Below are positions 37,354 to 46,753 of a stretch of DNA of 64,000 nt, one piece after another. Origin of the DNA: an uncultured Gammaproteobacteria bacterium (GTDB taxonomy: Bacteria > Patescibacteriota > Patescibacteriia > Magasanikbacterales > GWA2-37-8); contig CAZXML010000002.1 in assembly GCA_964641245.1 (NCBI GenBank), positions 10,548 through 74,547 on the forward strand, given 5' to 3'. The notes under the pieces are model-generated. The model searched no databases. It had not been told where the DNA came from and was given only the letters and a program-made list of their open reading frames with translations. How positions within the stretch are numbered: the stretch's first letter is position 1; the number at the start of each line of letters is the position of its first letter. Made by a program: the position numbers and the translations under genes.

Positions 37354-40065
37354 TTAAATTAACGGACTTGTATATTTTCTATACAACTCAAACAAAAAAA
37401 CCATTCTCTCCGCGTCCGATTTTAACACTTTTTTCCCATAAGCAGAGTCCACCGACCTGTCCAAAGCCTGATGTGCTTTTACAAGATCGGCTGGCATTGT
37501 CAGCGGATCATACAAATCAGCCAACGTGCTGTTTGGGTATTTTGTTCGCACATCCAACACCGTTTGCGCCGCTTCTTCGACCGTTTTCATTTTTTCAACA
37601 CTTGGCTTGTCCGGCCATGGAAAATTGTTATAAACAATATCTTTGGAATACCGAAAATCTGATTTCAACCGCCCACATACATGTCGCACCCAAGTCATAT
37701 GCATTTCGCTTTCCAGCACGCCGAAGTGATATGGTGTGGCGTTGGGAATTGCCATACACGTATCACTTATGATAAATTCATTACCAAAAAAACCCATGGG
37801 AATATATTTGCGATTTTCCGAAGAAACACGCGGAACAACAATAGCTGATTCGGGATTATTTCGGTCACGAAACAGCGAAGGTGTGCTTGCAAATTTCTGT
37901 GTCGAAGCAGCCTTGCTTGCTATGCGAAATTGTCTGACTTTTTCGATCCTTTCCATTACCGCTGGCATTTTCTGTAAATCATCTGGACTAGCATCAGTTA
38001 GCCACAAACACCACCGCTTTCCGCCATTTAAAAATTCTTTTGCACTAATAAGTGGCCTTATAAATTTTTCTGATTTTGGTTCTATTTGTAGTAATTCTAT
38101 TTTTTCTTTATCAGACAACAACAAATTTCCGCCATCCAGCGGCATATTGCCAAAATTCATTCTTGGAACATCACAGATCGTATTCTGTCTCGCTTCAATA
38201 ACAATATCCTCTGCCGGTAGCAAATACGGGTTGATATTTTTAACCACAATTTCGTGCGGCTCACCCTTTATGCTTTCATATTCGTATAATAACTTTTTTT
38301 CGGCATCATAATTAGCAAAACCAATAATTACGCAATAGACCGCCGCTTTTCCTCTTGCCTCATTGCTCCACCTGAAGGTCTGGTGTGCAAAATGAATTTT
38401 AATGCCGTATTTATTTAGAAGTTCGTTCCAAATAATACCAACCTGCTCACCTTGAGTAATAGAATTAGTAGAAACAAAAGCGCATTTAATTAGCGTATTT
38501 TGAATGTATTGCGCGGCTTTCCCATACCAACCAGAAACATAATCTAAAACCCCCACACCTTTGAGATTTCCGAAAACGGAAATAATATCCTTACGTTGCT
38601 CCTCAGCCATCAACTTAGAACCGATAAATGGCGGATTACCAAGAATATACGATAACTCGCTTTTTGGCAGAATTTCTTCCCAATTCTTCTGTAAAGCGTT
38701 ACCTATAAAAACAGTCGCGCCGTGAGAAAGCGGCAAATCAATAATATTTTTTCCAAAAGTCCGTCCGGCCAATTCATTCATTTGATGATCCATAAGCCAC
38801 ATAGCTGTTTCGGCAATGCGCGCGGGAAATTCCTCTATTTCAATGCCATAAAATTGTTCCGGTTTTATTTTTATCCATTCTTTAACTTCAAGCGGAAGCA
38901 TTACAGCCGTACCTTGCTGTCTTTTAAGAATTTCCAATTCTAATAAACGGAGTTCTCGAAATGCAATAATTAAAAAATTTCCACAACCACAAGCAGGGTC
39001 AAGAAATTTTAATTTTGCTATTTTTTCATGTAAATTTTTGAGCTTTTGTAAATTTTTTCCACAAGCATCTAATTCAAACGCCAACTCATCAAGAAAAAGT
39101 GGCTTGATAAGTTTTAAAATATTTTTTTCAGAAGTATAATGCGCGCCCAAGTGTCGCCTGGCATCTTTATCCATTACCGACTGAAACAACGACCCAAAAA
39201 TTGCCGGCGATATCGCTGTCCAATTAAAGGCGCAAGTATCCAGAAGGCTTTGGCGCATTTTCGAGGTAAAAGCAGGAACAGAGATATTTTCTGAAAAGAG
39301 TCCGCCGTTTACATACTCAAATTGGGACAACTCTTCATCCAAAGTATTCTGTCGTTTTTCCTTTGGCGTATTTAGAACTTGAAATAACATCCCAAGATGC
39401 ATGCCTAAATCATTTCCATCAACATTTGTTCGTGTTTCAATATAGCGCCGAAATTGATTTGGTGAAAAAATACGCGCATCCTCCGCAAACAGACAAAAAA
39501 GTATTCTAACAAGAAGCACATTTAATTCGTGTCCAAAATAACCAGCGGAAGCTGTTGCGTCATAAAGTTTCCCCATTAACTCGGCGGCCTTTATATTCAC
39601 TTCATCCTCTTCCTTGTATTCTTGCTTTTTATACCCGGCAATAAAACCAAAAAGGTGCACTTTTTTTACTAGGTCTTTAAGCTCAAATTCCACCTCTTCC
39701 CCTTCTTCGAGATCATAAAGTTTGATGCGGCCAAAATCAGAAACAAGGATATATTTTGGTAATTCTTTTTCGGTTAGACCGGGAAAATAATCCATCGCCT
39801 GATTGTATGCTTTGTTCAAATCCTTCCCAAGGGATTTATGCTCAACAATAAGCACACCTGGCCAAAACAAATCTATATACCCCCTGTTTCCACTCCTCTT
39901 TTCAACTTCATGTTCAAAACTCGCAAGCCGCCTTCTTGTTAACCCAAAGATATTAAAAAAACCATCCCAAAAAGTTTTTGCTTCGGCATCTTCGGATTTC
40001 TCGTTTTCCCATTCTTTAGAAAATTCAATAGCTCTGGTTTTAATTTCATTCCAAGAGAGTGGCAT
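37354..40065 (-). CDS. MmeI-family Type IIG restriction-modification enzyme (endonuclease + N6-adenine methyltransferase + specificity in one chain)
   Basis: 903 aa; N-terminus MPLSWNEIKTRAIEFSKEWENE...FEHEVEK...GYIDLFWPGVLIVEHKSLGKDLNKAYNQAMDYF resembles MmeI N-terminal nuclease domain; SAM motif and NPPF (GNPPFIGSK). Confidence 0.8.
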   Translation of the reverse strand: MPLSWNEIKTRAIEFSKEWENEKSEDAEAKTFWDGFFNIFGLTRRRLASFEHEVEKRSGNRGYIDLFWPGVLIVEHKSLGKDLNKAYNQAMDYFPGLTEKELPKYILVSDFGRIKLYDLEEGEEVEFELKDLVKKVHLFGFIAGYKKQEYKEEDEVNIKAAELMGKLYDATASAGYFGHELNVLLVRILFCLFAEDARIFSPNQFRRYIETRTNVDGNDLGMHLGMLFQVLNTPKEKRQNTLDEELSQFEYVNGGLFSENISVPAFTSKMRQSLLDTCAFNWTAISPAIFGSLFQSVMDKDARRHLGAHYTSEKNILKLIKPLFLDELAFELDACGKNLQKLKNLHEKIAKLKFLDPACGCGNFLIIAFRELRLLELEILKRQQGTAVMLPLEVKEWIKIKPEQFYGIEIEEFPARIAETAMWLMDHQMNELAGRTFGKNIIDLPLSHGATVFIGNALQKNWEEILPKSELSYILGNPPFIGSKLMAEEQRKDIISVFGNLKGVGVLDYVSGWYGKAAQYIQNTLIKCAFVSTNSITQGEQVGIIWNELLNKYGIKIHFAHQTFRWSNEARGKAAVYCVIIGFANYDAEKKLLYEYESIKGEPHEIVVKNINPYLLPAEDIVIEARQNTICDVPRMNFGNMPLDGGNLLLSDKEKIELLQIEPKSEKFIRPLISAKEFLNGGKRWCLWLTDASPDDLQKMPAVMERIEKVRQFRIASKAASTQKFASTPSLFRDRNNPESAIVVPRVSSENRKYIPMGFFGNEFIISDTCMAIPNATPYHFGVLESEMHMTWVRHVCGRLKSDFRYSKDIVYNNFPWPDKPSVEKMKTVEEAAQTVLDVRTKYPNSTLADLYDPLTMPADLVKAHQALDRSVDSAYGKKVLKSDAERMVFLFELYRKYTSPLI

Positions 40066-40184
40066 AGTCTTTATTAATCAAATCAATTTTAAATCATGAT
40101 TCTTTATTCTAAACGCTCTAAAAACTATCTTAATTTTACCCCCTCCACACCATTTTTACAAGCCAAAAAGTAAACCCCCAAACC

Positions 40185-40285
40185 AACCATCAAAAAACAC
40201 CCTTTCGGGTGTTTTTTTCGCGGCCTATTAAGTCTAAGCCCTCTCGGTCACTTGAACCTGTACAGCAATATAGCCTACAACAATG
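40185..40285. repeat. ~100-bp direct repeat copy A (contains terminator hairpin acaccctttcgggtgt)
   Basis: ~85% identical to 44505-44610; ends in degenerate copy of tRNA-Glu 3' flank (tagcctaca vs tagtccca). Confidence 0.7.
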
Positions 40286-40364
40286 ATACTTGGAACACTT
40301 TGGTCGAAGAACTTAAGTTATTAATCCATACCGTAAAAAAAACTAGTAACGCAGATAACTAAAT

Positions 40365-42656
40365 TCAAGAAACAAAAAGTTCATCAATACGCGAGACCTC
40401 ATTACTCTCTCTAAATTTATATTCTTCTTGTTGTATATCAGCTATCGCATCCTCCGCTCTAGCATTTTGTGAATTATCATCAGCAATTTCTTCTGCATTT
40501 ATTTCAAAAAGTTTTTCAAGCACTTTTAAATCATAGACACCAAATTCTTCGTTAAATTTTTCCGCATCATTATGAATATTATATACATGGTCTTTAATTT
40601 GTGAAGGTTTAAAAAGAGACCTTACTTCGCTCCCTTTAGAGGTAATTGCATCAATTCTAATTTGCCAGTAATAATCAAGGCTTTCCTCAACAACTTCTTG
40701 GCTGATCTCGTTAGAAATATATTGTTCGTAATCCTGGGAATAGGTTTCAAAAAGCTCTAGGACTCTTAATAATTCTTCCTCTTCATAAGCGTTTTGGAAC
40801 AACGTGTCAATAATATTACGCCAATTCTCTAGAATTGCATCTTTCAAAATACTAAAACCAGCAAATTCTTCGAGTAAATTAAGCAGGCTATGGGCTTGTG
40901 ATGAATTTACTTCATTTAATTTTATTTCTCTGAATATTTCAACAACATCTTTTTCGATTTTTGAAATATCAAAAAGCAGATAATAAAAATATATTATCTC
41001 AACTTCCTTTGATCCTCCTTTAATAATTTTAAGAGCACTCCGCTTTGCTTGTATTAATTGGTGCAAGCGATCAAGCTCGTTATCATCAAATACAATGCGT
41101 TTGCCAAATGATATGCCGAACCGTGTAGTTAATTGTTCGGTATAAATTGAAGATTCTAAAATTCTCCATTTCTCCCCAGGGTTTTTTAATAAGTAATTTA
41201 TAAAAAAATCTATAATTGATGGATTAAAAAAATCATAAGTGATAATTTGTCCATTATTTTTATGGATTATAAAACCCCTGGATAGCTCCTTTATTTTTAT
41301 ATGAAAAATACTGCTTTTTCTTTGAAAGCCATTTTTAATTTCATAACTAAGCCTAGACTCAAAAGCGTCCTGTAAATATTTTTCTTCAACAGTATCGAGG
41401 CTAAACAAAGTGCTGATTAAAAAACGTGCGTAATCATCAATTTGCTTCTCGTATGGATTTTCCCAAATTAGCGAGGGATCATCAAGGTTCTTCATTATAA
41501 AGGTCAGATACTCTGAATCCTTAACCCCTAAGAGTCGGAGTGGCTCAGTAATAAACTCAATTAAGCGCGGATTAAAATTTTTATGTTTTATTATTTTCCA
41601 GTAATTCTTTTTTTCAATTATTTTTTTAAGGTACCGCTCACTAAGTTTAGAAAAATATAAATGGTTATAAAGAATAAGCGCCCTATTCCATTCGCTGTAG
41701 TCATTTATATTAACCTCGTGTTTGGACAATTCGATTTTAGGATTTTGCAACTTAGAGAGATTCTGTGTTGCTTGGTTAAGGATGGTTGTTCTACTAGTGA
41801 GAATCAGCCTTTTCATCGGATCTTCTTTAACTCTTTCTATAAAATTAATAAGCGCAGAGTCGCTATTTTTTGGTTGTAAAATTTCAAAATAATTTGAACC
41901 TAAAAAATCATCGAAATAAAACACCTGCTTTTTACCCGGTTCCCATAATTTTTCGGCCTCACTAATTTTCTCATCCACACTAATCAATTGATATCCGCTG
42001 GCCAAGAGGTTGTAGGTAAGCATTCTTGCAAGAACAGTTTTACCGATACCTGGCTCCCCAATAATAACTAAAAAGCGTTTCTTATTTAAAATTCTCAATG
42101 CCTGATTAAATTTTTCATTCTGAACGTAGAGCGATATATTTTTTCTTATACTCTCAACGACAAATTCAGACCTTCCTTCAATACCATTATTGACTATCTT
42201 TTGTAAAATATTGACGCTAGAAAGCCAAAGTTTATGCCAGGACTTCTCAATTTTTGGAAATTTCCCCAATAAATTATTTAGATCATCTTTACCGTAAATA
42301 TCTGCTGGAAAACGGATGAATGGTTTAAAAATATTTAAAATAGTATCTTTATCACTTGGGCTCAATTCTACACTAGTCGTTAGAATATAACGGCTAGGAC
42401 TTAATTTTATTACTTTGGGCAACTCTTCCTTTCTCAATTTATTAATAAGCTGTTTCAGACCACTCTTCCGCCAATGTTTTGCTTGGATAATAATTTTATC
42501 TTTCGATTGAACAGGAGATATGTACCTCAAATCAATGCCTTGATCTCGGCCACGCTTGAAACTTTCAAGGGTTATTTTATGCTCAGCTTGAAGCAAGTCC
42601 CTGCTAAGATTTTCGAATTCCTTATCATTTAATGTTTCAAAACCATAATTGGGCAT
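40365..42656 (-). CDS. Mrr-like PD-(D/E)xK nuclease / STAND-type P-loop NTPase / C-terminal helical-repeat protein (Avs-like architecture)
   Basis: N-term FENLSRDLLQ...DQGIDLRY...IIIQAKHW (Mrr_cat E, D, QxK); Walker A IIGEPGIGKT; Walker B VFYFDDFLG; LILTSRTT sensor-like motif; ~400-aa helical C-terminus. Confidence 0.6.
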   Translation of the reverse strand: MPNYGFETLNDKEFENLSRDLLQAEHKITLESFKRGRDQGIDLRYISPVQSKDKIIIQAKHWRKSGLKQLINKLRKEELPKVIKLSPSRYILTTSVELSPSDKDTILNIFKPFIRFPADIYGKDDLNNLLGKFPKIEKSWHKLWLSSVNILQKIVNNGIEGRSEFVVESIRKNISLYVQNEKFNQALRILNKKRFLVIIGEPGIGKTVLARMLTYNLLASGYQLISVDEKISEAEKLWEPGKKQVFYFDDFLGSNYFEILQPKNSDSALINFIERVKEDPMKRLILTSRTTILNQATQNLSKLQNPKIELSKHEVNINDYSEWNRALILYNHLYFSKLSERYLKKIIEKKNYWKIIKHKNFNPRLIEFITEPLRLLGVKDSEYLTFIMKNLDDPSLIWENPYEKQIDDYARFLISTLFSLDTVEEKYLQDAFESRLSYEIKNGFQRKSSIFHIKIKELSRGFIIHKNNGQIITYDFFNPSIIDFFINYLLKNPGEKWRILESSIYTEQLTTRFGISFGKRIVFDDNELDRLHQLIQAKRSALKIIKGGSKEVEIIYFYYLLFDISKIEKDVVEIFREIKLNEVNSSQAHSLLNLLEEFAGFSILKDAILENWRNIIDTLFQNAYEEEELLRVLELFETYSQDYEQYISNEISQEVVEESLDYYWQIRIDAITSKGSEVRSLFKPSQIKDHVYNIHNDAEKFNEEFGVYDLKVLEKLFEINAEEIADDNSQNARAEDAIADIQQEEYKFRESNEVSRIDELFVS

Positions 42657-42669
42657 ATGCGCAAATAAA

Positions 42670-44472
42670 TTAATCTAGTTTGTCAATAAGTTTTTCCAAT
42701 TCAACAATATCTTTCCATTGATAACAGTTACTTGGAGGATCTACGTTAAAATCAAGCAACGAATCAAGCAAACTCTCAATAACCAAAAACTTTTCCTCGT
42801 CTTCCATAATTGTAACCAGCGCGGTGTAAGGCTTCTCTTTTTTAAATGCTTCTCCAAAATAGGCTTCTTCAAAATTTGGAACTGAAGCTAGCAAACGAAC
42901 ATTTGCAGGAAACTTATGCGCGAGCGTTATATCTAATATGTCTTTATTTTTTGACCAGGCCGGGTTAGCTATAAATGACCTGTCTTTTTTTTCGACTTTC
43001 GGCCTATCACTATCATGTAAAATAGAGTAAGGCGCGCCGAAATGATTAAGAATTTTTGCAACCGAAACTATAGTGGCTTTACCGCGAGCCCTGATAATAT
43101 GAATATTGCTATACTTTTCTGGATTTTTTGCAATTATATATTTAAAAACGGTGTACTCAGTATCACCCTCAACAACTACAACTTTCCCGCCAAAAAAGAA
43201 TTCTGCCACATAAGGATCCCAGATATTCATTAATTTTAATAATTTCTTATCATCTTGTTCCAATCCAACTTTTTCTGGCCTAAAAATCGTTGTTCCTTTT
43301 ATGTCACCAGAAGAATTTTTTTCGACCCTAATAATGGTGGTATTGTCTCTTGAAACATCAATAAAATTAGGCGAGTGAGTTGTAATCATGACCTGCCAGT
43401 TTGAGCTTGGCAGTCCATATAATAAATTACATGCATGGCGTATTGCATCGGGGTGCAAACAAATTTCAGGCTCATCGAGCAAAAGAACATGCGATCTGGT
43501 TACCTCTCCATCCTTGTCTTTCTTTGTTTTTGATTCAGAGATAATTTGCAATGCCGTCCATAATAATGTCCTACGAGCCCCGCTACCTTGCGCCTCAATT
43601 GTTCCAAGATACCCACCAGTTGGACCCATCAAAAGTTGTGGGCTGTTTTTAAAAAGTGATATGGCTTTATCTGGATCGTCTTCTGGTTTAGCATTAAACC
43701 GGACTTGATAATTTGGGAAAACTTTTCCGATCAAATTTGTAAGCTCATCTTGAACTTTATCTATTTCAGTTTGTGACTCTAGTACAATTTTTTTTTGGAG
43801 ACTTTTAACTTGGCTCAACAGAATCCCATAATCTGATCCTTCCTCTTCCTTTTTCAAATCCTTTATTCTATTAGTAAGCACTGAGGATAAAAGTTTTGTT
43901 ATTTCTTCTGCCTGATCTTCGGGTAAATCAAATGCCCCAATCCTATGCGGTTGAGGTCTGCGGGAATTCGCCACACCGGGCGCACCCCACGGAACTTTCT
44001 CATCCCAACCACCATTTACATTAAGCCCCTGACGTTTAGGGTCTCCTGGCTGTGCCCAACACCATCGCTCAATAACAATTTTTTCTTTGCCAATTTCGTG
44101 TATCCATTCTTGTCCAGGAAAATTATTATATACTATTGTATGTAAGACGATTTCAGGCAAATTATTTTCATCGATCCTACCATTAGGAAAATCCTGAATC
44201 ATCAATTTACCGTCTGCCGATCCCTGCGACATAACTATTTCATACGCACGAAGAATGGAACTTTTCCCTACATTATTTGGTCCTACCAAAACAACAATAT
44301 CATCTAGCTCAATCTCAACGGGGTTAGCACCTATACAACGAAAATTTTTGATACTTAGTTTTTGTAAGCGTTGACGACCTTCAGCTACAAGCTCTAAAGC
44401 CAATTTTCTTTCTATAGGCACAGGCAATTTTGGCATAAATTTAATGCATTTATTAAACTTAAAGCTTATCAT
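42670..44472 (-). CDS. OLD-family/GajA-like nuclease: ABC-type ATPase + C-terminal Toprim
   Basis: Walker A GPNNVGKSS, Walker B/D-loop LLLDEPEICLHPD, H-loop ITTHSP, Toprim VVVVEGDTEYTVF and ILHDSD. Confidence 0.75.
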   Translation of the reverse strand: MISFKFNKCIKFMPKLPVPIERKLALELVAEGRQRLQKLSIKNFRCIGANPVEIELDDIVVLVGPNNVGKSSILRAYEIVMSQGSADGKLMIQDFPNGRIDENNLPEIVLHTIVYNNFPGQEWIHEIGKEKIVIERWCWAQPGDPKRQGLNVNGGWDEKVPWGAPGVANSRRPQPHRIGAFDLPEDQAEEITKLLSSVLTNRIKDLKKEEEGSDYGILLSQVKSLQKKIVLESQTEIDKVQDELTNLIGKVFPNYQVRFNAKPEDDPDKAISLFKNSPQLLMGPTGGYLGTIEAQGSGARRTLLWTALQIISESKTKKDKDGEVTRSHVLLLDEPEICLHPDAIRHACNLLYGLPSSNWQVMITTHSPNFIDVSRDNTTIIRVEKNSSGDIKGTTIFRPEKVGLEQDDKKLLKLMNIWDPYVAEFFFGGKVVVVEGDTEYTVFKYIIAKNPEKYSNIHIIRARGKATIVSVAKILNHFGAPYSILHDSDRPKVEKKDRSFIANPAWSKNKDILDITLAHKFPANVRLLASVPNFEEAYFGEAFKKEKPYTALVTIMEDEEKFLVIESLLDSLLDFNVDPPSNCYQWKDIVELEKLIDKLD

Positions 44473-44504
44473 TTGACTAATACAAAGTCAAAACAAGCAA
44501 AGCA

Positions 44505-44610
44505 CCGCCCAAACCAAACACCAAAAAACACCCTTTCGGATGTCTTTTGCGTGATCTGCCAAGTCCAACCCCTCTCGGTCACTTGAACCTGTACAGCAGT
44601 GTAGTCCCAA
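44505..44610. repeat. ~100-bp direct repeat copy B abutting tRNA-Glu 3' end
   Basis: cccaaaccaaacaccaaaaaacaccctttcggatgtcttttgcg...ccctctcggtcacttgaacctgtacagcag shared with copy A. Confidence 0.7.
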
Positions 44611-44673
44611 CGGGAATTGAACCCGTATTTTCGCCTTGAAAGGGCAATGTCCTAACCATTAGACGATGAGACC
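44602..44673 (-). tRNA. tRNA-Glu (anticodon TTC)
   Basis: cloverleaf by hand: acceptor GGTCTCA/TGGGACT (2 G-U), D-arm TCGTCTAATGGTTAGGACA, anticodon arm TTGCC-CTTTCAA-GGCGA, T-arm ACGGG-TTCAATT-CCCGT; closely resembles bacterial tRNA-Glu. Confidence 0.8.
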
Positions 44674-44818
44674 CCATTTTGATAATTTCTAATTTCTAAT
44701 TACTAATTTCTAATGATTGATATTCTACTATATTTTCGCTAAAAAGTCAACCCTTTGTTGACACAAACGGGTGTTTTAGGAGTATCATATAAATAACAGG
44801 CTCAAACGGAGGTTTTCC

Positions 44819-45250
44819 GTGAATAGGCAAATTGGGAAAAAACTGGCTCTTTTTCTGGCGGTCGCTATTTCTTACTTCTGCATGTTTAGCTGGCAACTTT
44901 TGGCATTTAAAAAGTTCCAGTACGACTGGGCTTCTATTGCCGGGATTGTTATGGCTGTGGGCTATAGCATAGGCGATCGTTTTCTAAAGTGGGTGAATAC
45001 GCCGGAGTTTCAAAGCGGCAAGCTGATCAAACCGTTCATTATTACGCTCATCATCTACATTCCCATTATCATGTTTGTGGTTTTGCCGGGACTAAAACTG
45101 CCATGCAACGTTTGGCTTGTAGACTCGTTTATTTCTTTCTTCGCTACTTGTTTTTTTCTAAACAACGCGTCTACCACCGCCATTACCAAGACTATTGAGC
45201 GTTTGGACAAAATCAATCAAGCGCCTGAGTCGCCAAAAAAGACAGGCTAA
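44819..45250 (+). CDS. hypothetical membrane protein (GTG start)
   Basis: 143 aa, 4 TM helices; GGAGG RBS 7 nt upstream of GTG. Confidence 0.45.
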   Translation: MNRQIGKKLALFLAVAISYFCMFSWQLLAFKKFQYDWASIAGIVMAVGYSIGDRFLKWVNTPEFQSGKLIKPFIITLIIYIPIIMFVVLPGLKLPCNVWLVDSFISFFATCFFLNNASTTAITKTIERLDKINQAPESPKKTG

Positions 45251-45394
45251 CTAGATATTTTCAGGCCGTTCCGCAATTCGGGACGGCATTTTTTTAACCT
45301 TGACTTTGAGCGATTATTTTAGTATGATTATCACTAATTGTAGATAAAAACTGCGGGAGACGTGGCTTGCGCGGCGAAGCCTTAGCGAAGACGG

Positions 45395-45468
45395 GTCAGG
45401 GTAGCTCAGATGGTTAGAGCACGGGATTCATAACCCCGAGGTCGAGAGTTCGATTCTCTCCCCTGACA
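45395..45468 (+). tRNA. tRNA-Met (anticodon CAT; elongator-type or Ile2/lysidine cannot be distinguished)
   Basis: acceptor GTCAGGG/CCCTGAC, D-arm GCTCAGATGGTTAGAGC, anticodon loop TTCATAA, T-arm GAGAG-TTCGATT-CTCTC; G1-C72 paired so not initiator. Confidence 0.8.
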
Positions 45469-45585
45469 CAAACGAAAGCAGAGTAAGGCAGAATAAAGCA
45501 AAGTAATGCAGAGTAAGGCAAGGTAGGGTTCACACAATGTTGCTTTAATCTGCTCTAATCTGCCTTATAAACTTTATTCTGCTTT

Positions 45586-46683
45586 ATGTTAATTCTCGGC
45601 ATTGAATCTTCCTGCGACGATACTTCTGTGGCCTTACTAGATATTTCCGAAAAAGGCGCGGCTATTTTATTTGAAAAAACCGCTTCGCAAATTGAAATCC
45701 ATAAAAAATACGGCGGTGTGGTGCCGGAAATTGCCGGCCGGATGCACGCGGAAAAAATTGTGCCGCTTATAGACGCGGCGCTAAATGGAAGAATGATTAA
45801 GAAATTAGGAAATAAAGAAATTAAACCAGATGTGATTGCCGTAACCGCCGGACCGGGATTAATTACCGGGCTTTTAGTAGGGGTAGAAGCGGCGCGCGCT
45901 TTATCGTATGCATGGGATATTCCACTAATAAGAACAAACCACATAGAAGGACACGTCTATTCTGTTGTCATTGCGAGCCACAGCGAAGCAATCCCAAATA
46001 CTGATAGTTCTGACAATGGGATTGCCGCGTCGCTTAAAGCTCCTCGCAATGACATACAGTTCCCGGCCTTATGCCTAATCGTCAGCGGCGGGCATACGGA
46101 ATTAATTTTGATGAAAAACCACGGAAAGTATAAATTACTGGGCGCGACCAAAGACGACGCGGCGGGAGAATGTTTTGATAAGGCGGCAAAATTACTGGGG
46201 CTTCCCTATCCGGGCGGACCGCAAATTTCTAAACTGTCCGAAACCGGAAACCCGGCCGCGATAAAATTCCCCCGGCCGATGATGGCCGATGAAAATTATT
46301 TATTTAGTTTCGCCGGATTAAAAACTTCCGCTTTGTATTGGTTGCGCGACAATAAATTGAAAAATATTAACGACTTTTGCGCCAGTTTTGAACAGGCAAT
46401 TGTAGATGTTTTGGTGGCCAAAACTATTAAAGCCTCCATTCAATACAAACCAAAAACTATTATTTTAGCCGGCGGGGTTAGCGCCAACAAAAAACTTCGC
46501 CAAACATTAGGCGAAGTCATAGGCGCTAAATTTCCCGAAGTGAATTTTATGGCCCCGCAGACAAAGTATTCCATGGACAACGCCGCCATGATTGCCATGG
46601 CCGGATATTATCACGCCTTAAAAAAAGATTTTACTTCCTGGAAAAAAATCCAAGCCGACCCGAACTGGGAACTTGCTGAATAG
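45586..46683 (+). CDS. tsaD: tRNA N6-adenosine threonylcarbamoyltransferase TsaD, with in-frame palindromic-element insertion
   Basis: LGIESSCDDTSVAL, HxEGH metal site (NHIEGH), GGVSAN; ~30-aa insert VIASHSEAIPNTDSSDNGIAASLKAPRNDI from repeat 45966-46054. Confidence 0.9.
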   Translation: MLILGIESSCDDTSVALLDISEKGAAILFEKTASQIEIHKKYGGVVPEIAGRMHAEKIVPLIDAALNGRMIKKLGNKEIKPDVIAVTAGPGLITGLLVGVEAARALSYAWDIPLIRTNHIEGHVYSVVIASHSEAIPNTDSSDNGIAASLKAPRNDIQFPALCLIVSGGHTELILMKNHGKYKLLGATKDDAAGECFDKAAKLLGLPYPGGPQISKLSETGNPAAIKFPRPMMADENYLFSFAGLKTSALYWLRDNKLKNINDFCASFEQAIVDVLVAKTIKASIQYKPKTIILAGGVSANKKLRQTLGEVIGAKFPEVNFMAPQTKYSMDNAAMIAMAGYYHALKKDFTSWKKIQADPNWELAE

Positions 46684-46686
46684 GAT

Positions 46687-46753
46687 TGTCATGCTGAATT
46701 TATTTCAGCATCTCTGTCCACCGATTAGATCCTGAAACTAGTTCAGGATGACA
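46687..46753. repeat. family A element overlapping dnaE stop codon
   Basis: see 8659-8726. Confidence 0.85.

Noticed and set aside
44750-44800. Possible promoter TTGACA (44757) upstream of membrane protein gene
   Set aside because: No acceptable -10 hexamer at 16-19 nt spacing. Left unannotated.
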